A stretch of DNA of 64,000 nucleotides from an uncultured Planctomycetota bacterium (GTDB lineage: Bacteria; Planctomycetota; Planctomycetia; Isosphaerales; Isosphaeraceae), in the NCBI GenBank assembly GCA_963823665.1, contig CAWGMQ010000008.1, positions 864,001 to 928,000 on the forward strand, given 5' to 3'. Under the pieces are notes generated by a model. The model was not told where the DNA came from. It searched no databases and saw only the letters and a list, made by a program, of their open reading frames with translations. The first letter of the stretch is position 1; each line of letters starts with the position of its first letter. Both the position numbers and the translations under genes were made by a program. Below are positions 19,414-29,606 of this stretch, in pieces.

Positions 19414-20736
19414 TTAAACCGTGGGAAGAGTCCATGGCTCGCGGTATGTCTTGGTCAGGAACTGGTTGGCTTCGGTATGGTTCGTGATCCGTTCCGAGAC
19501 CGAATCCCACGTCAGCTTCTCGCCCGTCCAGAGCGAGATGTTGCCCAGATTGCCGACGGTCGCCAGACGATGCCCGTAGCCGAAATGGCACGAGCACTGG
19601 GCACGGCTCTTGATGGCGTTCAGCCACTCGCGGTGATGACCTGGCGAGCGTGGCAGGCTCTCGGGCGGCTCGACAATCCTGCGCTTGCCCTCGGGGAAGA
19701 TTTTGTGCGAGCGGTAATCGGCCACGAGAGTTCCCTCGGTTCCCTGAAACATGATGCCTAGTCCCTGATTATCGAAGCCGTGTTTGCTGGCATCCGTCTG
19801 GCTCCAGACCATCAGGAACTTCTGGTTGGCCTTCTCGTATTCGTAAGTGACCTCGAGTGTGTCGGGCACCTCGGCGTTGTCGTTGCGGGCGTAGCGGCCG
19901 CCGGTCGCCGAGATCGTCCTGGGCGCATCGACTTCCATGGCCCAGTGGACGAGGTCGACAATATGGCAGCAGAAATCGGTCAGAATGCCGCCGCCATAGT
20001 CCCAGAAATAGCGCCAGTTGAACGTGAATCGATTGGGATTGAAGGACCGCTTTGGTGCAGGGCCGAGCCAGAAATCGTAGTCGCAGCCCTCCGGCGCAGC
20101 CGAATCGGCAGGGCGGCCGAGGTCGTCCCGGTCATTAGCGAGCCAGACTCGCGTCTTGAAGATCTTGCCCAGGACTCCTGAGCGGACGATCTCGACGACC
20201 CGATGGTAGTTCTTGTCGGCGTGAATCAGGTTGCCCATTTGGCTGACCCGCTTGTACTTTTCGACGGCCTGCACCATGGCCCGGCCTTCCTGGATGCGAT
20301 GCGCCAGCGGCTTCTCGCAGTACACATCCTTTCCGGCCTGGCACGCCATGATCGTCGTGATTCCGTGCCAGTGATCGGGCGTGGCGATGACGACGGCATC
20401 GATGTCCTTGCGATCGAGTACACGCCGAAAGTCCGAGAAAACCGCCGGTGAACTGCCCGCTGCCGCGAAGGCGCGATTAAGGTGTGGCTCGTAAACGTCA
20501 CACACCGCGGCGATCGATACCTCAGGAAAGCTCTTGAAGATCTTGACCAGGCCGGTCCCCATTCCGCCGACGCCGATAAAACCGAGCACGATTCGCTCAC
20601 TCGGTGGAACGGCTTTCCGTTCGGGCTCTTGCTGGCTCTTCGACTCCTGGGCCGCCGCGCTGCTGCCCTTGCCCAGCTTGCTGACGGCTGCCAGCGCCCC
20701 GGCCGCCATGACTTCGCGTCGACTCCAGTTGCGCAT
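19414..20736 (-). CDS. Tat-exported Gfo/Idh/MocA oxidoreductase
   Basis: SRREVM, GFIGVGGMG, IATPDHWH, GKDVYCEKP, WRYFWDYGGG. Confidence 0.92.
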   Translation of the reverse strand: MRNWSRREVMAAGALAAVSKLGKGSSAAAQESKSQQEPERKAVPPSERIVLGFIGVGGMGTGLVKIFKSFPEVSIAAVCDVYEPHLNRAFAAAGSSPAVFSDFRRVLDRKDIDAVVIATPDHWHGITTIMACQAGKDVYCEKPLAHRIQEGRAMVQAVEKYKRVSQMGNLIHADKNYHRVVEIVRSGVLGKIFKTRVWLANDRDDLGRPADSAAPEGCDYDFWLGPAPKRSFNPNRFTFNWRYFWDYGGGILTDFCCHIVDLVHWAMEVDAPRTISATGGRYARNDNAEVPDTLEVTYEYEKANQKFLMVWSQTDASKHGFDNQGLGIMFQGTEGTLVADYRSHKIFPEGKRRIVEPPESLPRSPGHHREWLNAIKSRAQCSCHFGYGHRLATVGNLGNISLWTGEKLTWDSVSERITNHTEANQFLTKTYREPWTLPTV

Positions 20737-21201
20737 TCCTGCCTCCGGGCTGACCCGATTTCCCAAACGATCGATCGCGTTGAATCACCAGCCTTCTTCT
20801 TCGATCGATTAGCCCACGTCAAGCCCCCCCGATCATTTTCTTTCCTCAAGTAAGCACCCATGCTCGAAAGTCGCGCCGGAATGGAATCCGCGCGGGCCGG
20901 GCCGTCCCAGCGCGGTTTGTCGCTCTTGTTAAAGAGGATGCTAACGGATCGGCGTCACGATAGGCGACCGGTCCGGGTCTTCTCTCTGCCGCGAAGATCG
21001 AGTTCCACTCGCCAGCTCCGCTGCAGGCCAGATCACAAAAAGCCGCCGGACGACGCCGGAACTGATGACACCTGGACTCGGGCCCTCTACAATGTCGTCT
21101 TCGATCCTGCATCCGGGTTTCCGTTCCGTGTAACTGCATTACTGGGATCATGATCGTTCAGCCACCTGATTCGCGTTCATTCCTACCGGAGATTCGCCAC
21201 C

Positions 21202-23162
21202 ATGAAGCGATTCCTGATTACCGCTTTTCTCATGGCCGGGACCAGCGTTGTGCCGGTCTTGGCCCTGCACGCCCAGCAACCTCCTCCCTCCGCGACGGCC
21301 GGCCAGCCAGCAGCGAAGGCCGCAGAAAAAACGGCGACGACAGCGTCGAGTGATCCGATCGACCGAATCAAGGAAGAGGGATTGCAACGGTCGCAGGTGA
21401 TGGCGACCATGGGCTACTTGACCGACGTGATCGGTCCTCGCCTCACCGGTTCGCCCAACATGAAGCGCGCCAACGAGTGGACGCGCGACAAGCTCGCCGC
21501 GTGGGGGCTGGCAAACGCACATCTTGAAGCGTGGGGACCATTCGGCCGAGGCTGGACGCTCAAGCGATTCTCGGCGCAGGTGGTCGCTCCCCAGTGCATT
21601 CCATTGATCGGTTATCCCAAGGCGTGGTCTCCCGGTGTCGAAGGCACGCTCGAAGCTCCGGTGGTTTATTTCGACGCCAAGACCGAAGCCGAGTTCGACA
21701 AATTCAAGGGCAAGCTGAAGGGTGCGATCGTGCTCGTCAGCCCAATTCGCGAGGTGCAGGCGCGCTGGGAGCCCCTGGCGTTGCGCAAGACGGATAGCGA
21801 GCTGCTCGCTCTCGCCGACGCCGCCGAGCCAGCCGCCCGGGGCGGCCGGCGTGGACAGGCCGCTCAGGGCCAGCGCGGCCCTGGTGGTCCAAACGCCGGG
21901 CCCAGGGCAGCCGGTGCTCCCGGCGCCCAGCGCCAGCCGGTACGCCGGCCGTCGCCGGTGGCGCCCCGCCGGCTCCAGGTGCGCCAGGCCAGCAACCGCG
22001 AGCGGGCCGATTCGGATCGCCCGAGATGATGGCCCAGTTTGAATTGCAGCGCAAGAAAACCCAGTTCCTTGCAGGCGAGGAAGTCGCCATGCTCGTCGAG
22101 CCCAGCAACCAGGGCGACGGCGGCACATTCTTCGTCCAGTCGGCGAGCATCCCCAGCGCCAATCCGTTCGGCGGCGGAGGAGGAGGCCCGGGCGCCGCAC
22201 AGGGCCCACGCGTCTACTCGAAGGATGCACCCAAGATCACTCCGCAGCTCGTGCTCGCCAAGGAGCACTACAACCGGCTCGTTCGAATGTGCGAGGCCGG
22301 CGAAAGCGTCAAGATCGCCGTCGAGCTGAAAGTCGAGTTCCACGACCAGGACCTGATGTCCTACAACACTGTCGCCGAAATCCCCGGCACCGATCTGAAG
22401 AATGAGCTGGTGATGCTTGGCGGTCACATGGATTCCTGGCACAGCGGCACCGGTGCCACCGACAACGGCGCCGGAGTTTCCGTCGGCATGGAGGCAATGC
22501 GCATCCTCAAGGCGCTCGACTTGAAACCCCGCCGAACCATCCGCATCGCACTCTGGAGCGGCGAAGAACAAGGGCTCATGGGCTCGCGAGCTTTCGTCCG
22601 GGAACACTTCGGCCGCAGCCCCCAGATGAACTTCGGCGGCGGTGGCCCACCCGGTAACGCCCCGGCGGCCGGCCAGAACGGCAACGCAAATGGAAACGGA
22701 GCGACCAAGGATTCGACCGATTCCACGACCAAGGCGAATTATGATAATTTCTCCGTCTACTTCAACCTCGACAACGGAACGGGTAAGATCCGGGGCGTCT
22801 ACATGCAGGGCAATGAGAACGTCCGCCCGATCTTCCGCAAGTGGCTCACGCCCTTCCGCGAAATGGGAGCGACCACGCTGACGATCTCCAACACCGGTGG
22901 AACCGACCATCAGTCGTTTGACGGAATCGGCCTTCCCGGCTTCCAGTTCATCCAGGACGAGGTCGAGTACGACACCCGGACGCACCATTCCAATCAGGAT
23001 GTCTTCGACCGCATTCAGGCCGACGACATGAAGCAGGCTTCGGTGATCATGGCTGCCTTTATTTATAACGCAGCCACGATGGATCAAAAGTTCCCGCGAA
23101 AACCGCGCCCGCGAGCTCCGAGTCGCGACGGGCCAGCACCTCGCACCGCGGCAACTCCATGA
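21202..23162 (+). CDS. Secreted M28 family peptidase (carboxypeptidase Q-like; frameshift near 21930)
   Basis: [43 protein letters not shown]; the two ORFs join via a Pro/Gly/Ala linker. Confidence 0.9.
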
Positions 23163-23388
23163 TCCGATCGCTTGATGATCGACGAGTCGATTGATTCGAT
23201 CAGGAAACTGAACATGGATTGGCGGACGGGGGACGGAGCCCCATTCTCCTCCCCCATCCGGTCGTGGCATCCAAACGACCGCCACACGAAGACAGCTTCG
23301 TTCCCACGCCCCCGCGCGGGAACGGTCTTCGCGCCGTCCTGCGGCGTGCTCACAAACGTTTTACAACGTGATTCGCATCCTCAGATCC

Positions 23389-24352
23389 TTACAATCCCGA
23401 TGCCAGCCAGCGGACTGCGTTAGTCAGGATCAAGAGCGGAATCTGTTGCGTGAATACAGCGTAGGTTTCGTGACCGGGCCGGAAATAAAACACCCGGCCC
23501 TTTCCGAGCTTCCAGATCGCACCGCTACGAAACCACTCGCCCGAAGCCCAGCGCTCTTCCAGAACCACTTCGTCCGGTTCGGGCACGTGGAATGGCTCGT
23601 CGTACATCTCTGTCTGGGCGATCTCGAATTCCTTGGGCACGCCTCGGGCAATCGGATGATCTGGTTTCAGAACAATCACGCGGCTGGGTTTCCCATCGCA
23701 CGATAGGCCGGAAAACAGCAAAGCGGTAGATGGACCGTCGCCGTTGCATGGCCGTCGGGAAATTTCCGCCAGGACAAGCAAGGCGTGAGACGCCCGTCCG
23801 CTTTCGGGACGGTATACCGTGGAGCGGGCGAAACGTAAGACACAACAACTCGCTCGTTGCCTCCCGCTCGCAGCCTTTCGGCGAAATCGATTCTCGTGCG
23901 CTCGTTCATGGCTTCGACGAACGGCGTCGACCAGTGGGCGGAATGAATCGCGATCAGGGATAGCTTCCCGTCCTTGATCCTCTGAACGATCGATCGACCG
24001 GACTCTGGTGTGATCTCCGCATGCCGAACATGCCCCCACCAGATCAGCACCTGGCAGTCGTCGAGCTCGCCGGACGCCAAGCCTTGGCCAGTATCGTTGA
24101 TGTTCACCGATCGGACCGAGATTCCGGGTTGAGACTGGAGATGACCCGCAATCTGTTTTCCCAGAAAGTCCGCATAGGCTTGTTTCTGGGCAGGCTGTTG
24201 CTCGTCCCACACGACAACTTTGATCGGCTGCGCCGGGGTACCGCGACCGTTTTCACGCACGGCCAGACCCCGGCTCTCGCCTGCGCGAAGAGCGAGGCGG
24301 CGGCCACCGGCGTTGCCTTGAGCAGCTCCCTGCGCATGCCTGAACGCATCAT
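23389..24352 (-). CDS. ThuA-like (trehalose utilisation) protein, frameshifts near 24260 and 23697
   Basis: RRELLK Tat-like start, VVVWDE, LIWWGH, HSAHWS, EMYDEPFHVPEPD, GEWFRSG, FYFRPGHETY. Confidence 0.82.
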
Positions 24353-24413
24353 CGTGAAGTCACTCCAGTTGAGCGGGATCGTACTGGACCGCCCGGGATC
24401 AAACGCAATCGCC

Positions 24414-27026
24414 TCACAACTTACCGAGCTTCAGCCGGATCGTCTTGATCTCGAACGGCCGCAGATCAAACCGCACGGATTCGCCGTCCGTCTTCATTTC
24501 AACCCCCGCGTCTTCCATCAAGTTGGCCTGCCGCGCCGCGAGGATTTTCGCGCGGAGCTTGACCGCGACGCCAGCCGACGCCCGGCCGGAGGCCTCATAT
24601 ACGCGGAGCGCAACGTCATCGTCGCGGCTGGGCTTGAGCGACGAGACAACGACATCCGGACTCGAAATCTCAACCAGCCCCCAGCTCTTTGGCAGTGGGC
24701 CTTCGTGCGGCAGCACCGCGCGGCAGACGAGGGGATGATTGAATTCCCAGCCGTCGCGGAAGATTCCGGCCGTGCGCCAGTCACCCTCGTGCGGGACAAG
24801 CGAATAGCGCATCGTCCGTTCCTTACCGAGCTGAAAACCTGTCTCCGACGACATCCCAGGCTCGTATCCACCGCCGAAGCCGTACGCCCCGAGCGTATGG
24901 GCCCGCAACAGCGAGACCAGCATCGTGCCGTTCGAGACCAGGTTGCCTGGCAGGCCGGTATTCACGAGCGCCAGCCCCCGCGCGCCATCGGAGTAATCAA
25001 CCCAGTTCTGTGCGGGAAACTCGATTCCATTCGGGCGATCGATTGATCCAAAGGGAATCTCATGAGTCGACTTTCCTTCCTTGATCGTCGTCGGAAAATG
25101 CGCCTGATAACGCACGAACTTCTCTTGATTGACCAGCCGTGTCGTCACTTCGATCCGGCGCAACCCTTGAACGAGCCTGATCGTGGTCGCGAATTTGCCG
25201 GAACCGAACGGACGCTCAACTCGAAACTCCGAGAAGACGGGACCAGCCAGCACCGTCCCCGGCCCGCTCTTGCCTTCGTCGCTGTAGGCCGCAGTCCCGC
25301 GCGTGGGCACCGGTTGCTGATTGGTCATCGCGATACGACTTCCTCCGTCCAGACCGTGGTACGGCTCCCAAAGATCGCCGCGGTCTTCTTTACGCGAGAC
25401 GACGTTGCCCGGCCCCGAAAGAACCTGCCAGCGCGCGGGCTTGTAGAAAAGGTCAGTGATCGCACCGCTCGACGGCTCAATTGCAGCCCGGTAAAGCCCA
25501 TTCTCGAGGATCGTTGGACCGGAAGCGGCCTTCGGGGCCGCGATCGCATGATTCTGGTCGTCGCCCGCCGAGCCTTTGGAAGGCGAGGCGTGAAAAGTGC
25601 GGTAGCCGATCGCCGGTACATCGCGAGCAACGAAGCTCACCCGGGCCGTCTTCAAGCCGCCGTCCCAGTACCGCGTCGATTCGCCGATCTGACACGGAAT
25701 CGTCTGCCCGTCCGAGTCGGTGATTTTGACGCCAGTGACGCCCCCTTCGCCGAAGCCGAGGTCGATCGTGGCCAGGTCAGAACGTTTCCATCCCAGTGGA
25801 TTGAAAACCAGCACCGGCGCGCCCGGCCCCCGCGTGTCGATTTTCGAGGCGAGCACATCCCACGTCGAACCGATGATCGAACCAGCCCTGCGCTCGGAAT
25901 ATGCGTAGCTGCCGACCGTGTCATCGTAGACGTGGTCCGTCATCACGCCGGAGGCCAGGTCATGCGTCTCATTAAAAAGGACCGGCTCCCAGGTGCTCAT
26001 CAAGGCGCCGAGATCAGCCGGTGAATCGAGAAGGCCGGCGATCACGCTCAGTTTCTCAGCGGTGAGCAATTGCCGCTCGCAGAGTCGCATCCAGGATTTC
26101 AGCTCGATCCGACTGCTGTAAATACCCTGAAAAATCGGGTTCAGCTCGCCTCTGAAAGTTGGGAGGTCGGTGCGTTTCGAGATGACCGCCTCGACTTCGG
26201 CCGGGATGGCCAGCCGCAAGTTGAACGGAGCCTTTGGATCGCGATTGAATTCGACGGCGCGTGCCGCCAGGTGTTCCTCAGGCTCGCAAACATCCACGCC
26301 CGCCGGGCCAATGCGGTGCGGTCCTTTAGCGTTTGGCTCAAGCGCGTCGAATCGTTCTTTCATGAACCGCGCGAAGCCGGCGGCATCGTTCGGCGCACCA
26401 TAGGCGAGCCCGTAACCATATGGAAGCCAGTACGCAGGGATCTTCGTGCCGTCGATCCCCTCCCAAAGGAACTCGGAGGGATGATTCTGCCGATTCACGC
26501 CGCGGAAAAACCAGAACGACTTGTAGCCGCCCTGCGCGAGCAACTGAGGCATCTGCGCGTGGTGCCCGAAGGTGTCGAGCAGCCAGCCCGTCGTGACGTC
26601 CACACCGAGTTTGTCGCGGAAGTACCCCTTGCCATATTGCATCTGCCGCACGAAAGTCTCGCCCCCCGGCATGTTCACATCGGGCATGACGTCGAGCGCA
26701 CCGGCGAGCTGCAGCCGCCCTTCGGCCAGGAACCTGCGGAAGTCGGCTTCCTCTGCCGGGTAGCGCTCCAGGAATGGCCGCACGTACGCCACCTGGTCGA
26801 GCGTGAACCGGAAGCTCGGCTGCTCTCGCAGCAGACGCATTGCCTTCACGATGTTCGGCAGCCCCATCTCCAAATACTCTTCGCGGGTCTTGAACACGGC
26901 CCCTTCCCAGTGCGTGTGCGGAATCACCCAGAACGTCTCCTTTCCGTCCTTCGCATCCTGGGCCATGACAGCGGAGCCCGCGAACAGGCCGAAGAAACTC
27001 ACAAACAGGCAACTACACAGTTTCAT
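24414..27026 (-). CDS. Alpha-mannosidase, glycoside hydrolase family 38
   Basis: IPHTHW, GETFVRQ, WLLDTFGH, FLWEGIDG, NETHDLASG, PFEIKT; signal peptide. Confidence 0.9.
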   Translation of the reverse strand: MKLCSCLFVSFFGLFAGSAVMAQDAKDGKETFWVIPHTHWEGAVFKTREEYLEMGLPNIVKAMRLLREQPSFRFTLDQVAYVRPFLERYPAEEADFRRFLAEGRLQLAGALDVMPDVNMPGGETFVRQMQYGKGYFRDKLGVDVTTGWLLDTFGHHAQMPQLLAQGGYKSFWFFRGVNRQNHPSEFLWEGIDGTKIPAYWLPYGYGLAYGAPNDAAGFARFMKERFDALEPNAKGPHRIGPAGVDVCEPEEHLAARAVEFNRDPKAPFNLRLAIPAEVEAVISKRTDLPTFRGELNPIFQGIYSSRIELKSWMRLCERQLLTAEKLSVIAGLLDSPADLGALMSTWEPVLFNETHDLASGVMTDHVYDDTVGSYAYSERRAGSIIGSTWDVLASKIDTRGPGAPVLVFNPLGWKRSDLATIDLGFGEGGVTGVKITDSDGQTIPCQIGESTRYWDGGLKTARVSFVARDVPAIGYRTFHASPSKGSAGDDQNHAIAAPKAASGPTILENGLYRAAIEPSSGAITDLFYKPARWQVLSGPGNVVSRKEDRGDLWEPYHGLDGGSRIAMTNQQPVPTRGTAAYSDEGKSGPGTVLAGPVFSEFRVERPFGSGKFATTIRLVQGLRRIEVTTRLVNQEKFVRYQAHFPTTIKEGKSTHEIPFGSIDRPNGIEFPAQNWVDYSDGARGLALVNTGLPGNLVSNGTMLVSLLRAHTLGAYGFGGGYEPGMSSETGFQLGKERTMRYSLVPHEGDWRTAGIFRDGWEFNHPLVCRAVLPHEGPLPKSWGLVEISSPDVVVSSLKPSRDDDVALRVYEASGRASAGVAVKLRAKILAARQANLMEDAGVEMKTDGESVRFDLRPFEIKTIRLKLGKL

Positions 27027-27050
27027 CTAGATTACTCCATCCATCTTTCG

Positions 27051-29177
27051 TCAGGGCAGGTAAGGGGGCGGCGCAGCGAGCCGAATCTCGACGGTTGTAC
27101 GTTCGCGGATCGTGCGATCGAGCCAGAGTGATTGCCCGTCCCAGGCAAAGTCTCTGGCATGGAGCGCCTCGCCGCCCAGTCTGACCGTGATCTGACCCTT
27201 CGGGGCATGCGCAAGCTCGAATACCGGGTTCACGCATGGGGTCCTTGGCTTGACAGTGATCTTGATGTCGCGCACGGTGGCTTCCAGCCGGATGGCCCGC
27301 CGCTCGATGACGTATCCATCAAGGTCCGGCCTGGCTCCGACGAGTTCCAGGTCTGGAGGTGCGGCGAAGCTCTTGGCCCGGTCAAGAAGCTGGGCGTCAG
27401 TCTCGTCCGTCATGCCGATCAGCCACGCCCAGCGCCTCACGCTCATTGACCGCGATCGCCCCAGGGAATCCAGCGTCTCGACCATCGCAGATTGAATCGG
27501 CTCCGGGCGGCAGCCGGCCCAGCTCATGATGCTGTTGTGGCACGGCGTGAATGCAATGCGATCGTCAATCTTGCTCCCGGTCGAGTTGCCTCGCGCCAGC
27601 GGCCAATGGCTGCCCCAGTAGCAAGGCGTGACCATTTGGCCCGCGTCAAAAAATGGGCCGAAGACAACCGGGGGAAGTCGTTTTTCGCCCGGGTTGAAAT
27701 ACACCGCCGCCGGTTCCTCATATTTGGATAATCGCAGCCGGTAGATCGCCGGCGTGCCCTTCTTGTCGGCCTCTTTCGCCGCCTCGGGCGGCGTCGCCGG
27801 GTTGGGCAGTCGGAATTCATGCTTGCGACCGTCCAGGTAGAGCACGTCAACCGCACGCTCCGGCAGGATGTCAAACGGATAGCCTCCGGCCGGAGTCAAG
27901 ATGATGAACTCGCTCAACTCATAATCGTTCTTGGGATCGGCCTTCAGGCTGAGCACGCGCGTGCCGAATCCGTCAGGATAGAAATAGTAGTCTTCGACGG
28001 CCTGGTCGCCCCACACCTTGTATTCGAAGTCGGTCGACTGATACGTCCACCGCAAGTGAATCTGCGCCGCCGTCGCTTCGACGACTTCGACCCGTCCGTA
28101 CCGCAATTCCTTATCCATCAGCGGCTCGACGCAGTCGACGGCACCCTTCGGCTGAGAGATGATCTCGGCCCATTCGTAACAGACGCCGGTGTTATGTCGC
28201 CCCGCCCAGAACGGGATGTAGCTCGAGCCCCGCCAGAACACGAACCGCGATCCGCTCGGCAGCCATACCACAACGTCGGTTAGCTCCGGCTTCCAGCCGT
28301 CTTGGTACCGAAGCGTCGAATACTTGCCCGTCCCGGGATCGCGCACCGAGATCGGCGCGTCGAACCGCAGTTTCTCGAAGGTGACGCCAAACCGCGGATG
28401 ACGAAGCGGCTCGAGCACCAGCATGACCGGGATCTGCTTGCGCCACAGCTCCTGTCCATCGCCATTGTCAACTGCAATCAAAAGCACATCCCGATCCCTC
28501 CCGGCGGGAGCCGGCGGGATTTGCAATTGCGCGGTCGCTCGCACGCCGACCTGGAGTGGAAAGAGCACCGAGCTCGCCGCGTCCGTCGTCGACTCGAACC
28601 GGGCCGTGAGTCGAGCGCGCGGCCAGCTCTCACTGCGGCTGATCGCCGCCGCCTCGAGCGTCGCCGACTGTCCCGGCCCGAGCAACAGCCAGCCGAGAGG
28701 CACGAGAATCGTCCCCAGGTCCACGGGGTTGACGATCACATCCGGCCGGGCAATCGCTTCTGCCTCGAATTCCGGAAAATGAATCGCTTGGCGAGCCAGC
28801 TCGACGGGCTTCTCCGGAGGCTTTTGGTCCCGCAAAAGCAACACTTCGTCCGCATCACGTTCGAGTGTCACGCGGGCGGCATAAGGCGGCTCAGATGGGA
28901 ATCCGAGCGGGAAACTGGCGCCTTTCGTTCCCTTTGAAACCGCCGTGATGAAGTAGCTCGCCGCCTCGGGCCGATCGCGGGCCTCGACCACAACCTGGAA
29001 CGGCCGCCCAACCCTCTCCAGACCGAAGGGAGGCCGCCAGGGATGACCCTGGTCCAGATAAATCCGGTATGCCGGCGGCCGATCGGTTTGTGCTTGGGCG
29101 CTGGCAGTCCAGCCGATCGCCGAGAACGGAATCGTGCAAGCCAGAGCGATATTCGCAAGCGTCCGGCGGCTTCTCAT
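27051..29177 (-). CDS. Secreted hypothetical protein (708 aa) in the GH38/ThuA operon
   Basis: AAGGAGAG upstream of ATG 29177; signal peptide ending AQA; Trp/Tyr-rich globular sequence; this is the real part of the 1952-aa ORF call. Confidence 0.8.
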   Translation of the reverse strand: MRSRRTLANIALACTIPFSAIGWTASAQAQTDRPPAYRIYLDQGHPWRPPFGLERVGRPFQVVVEARDRPEAASYFITAVSKGTKGASFPLGFPSEPPYAARVTLERDADEVLLLRDQKPPEKPVELARQAIHFPEFEAEAIARPDVIVNPVDLGTILVPLGWLLLGPGQSATLEAAAISRSESWPRARLTARFESTTDAASSVLFPLQVGVRATAQLQIPPAPAGRDRDVLLIAVDNGDGQELWRKQIPVMLVLEPLRHPRFGVTFEKLRFDAPISVRDPGTGKYSTLRYQDGWKPELTDVVVWLPSGSRFVFWRGSSYIPFWAGRHNTGVCYEWAEIISQPKGAVDCVEPLMDKELRYGRVEVVEATAAQIHLRWTYQSTDFEYKVWGDQAVEDYYFYPDGFGTRVLSLKADPKNDYELSEFIILTPAGGYPFDILPERAVDVLYLDGRKHEFRLPNPATPPEAAKEADKKGTPAIYRLRLSKYEEPAAVYFNPGEKRLPPVVFGPFFDAGQMVTPCYWGSHWPLARGNSTGSKIDDRIAFTPCHNSIMSWAGCRPEPIQSAMVETLDSLGRSRSMSVRRWAWLIGMTDETDAQLLDRAKSFAAPPDLELVGARPDLDGYVIERRAIRLEATVRDIKITVKPRTPCVNPVFELAHAPKGQITVRLGGEALHARDFAWDGQSLWLDRTIRERTTVEIRLAAPPPYLP

Positions 29178-29606
29178 GAGCACGCTCTCTTTCGCCCAGG
29201 ACCCAGGAGAACCGTCATCTGCACATTCAGCCACGGCCGCATGAGATCGTCGAGGCTCTGTGTACAGTAGGTCTCGAAAAACCATGTTGCAACCCCTTAC
29301 CAGGGCCTGCCCGTAAGAATGCGATGCCATCGCCGAACAAACGCTGGTCCCCGTCCAGCGTCCCATTGAGCCTGATGGATCGGGATTTTCCTTGCCGGTG
29401 GTTTTGCTTGAAGCTAACCTGACGGCCAGCTTACGGTTGCGGTCGCAGCGGCGGCGGCGGCACCGGCGAGCGTCTTTCCGCCCTTGGCGGGCGATCCACC
29501 TCGTTGAGCTTCGCGCCAGACGCACGCCGAGCGACATTGTCTGGGAACTCAGGTGATTCGACACAAGTGGCCGCACGAACACGGGGCCCCCACGGAGAGC
29601 CAATCC

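Noticed and set aside
21920..22030. Programmed frameshift or split M28 peptidase
   Set aside because: No slippery heptamer; one added base restores a continuous linker; many similar indels occur across the window
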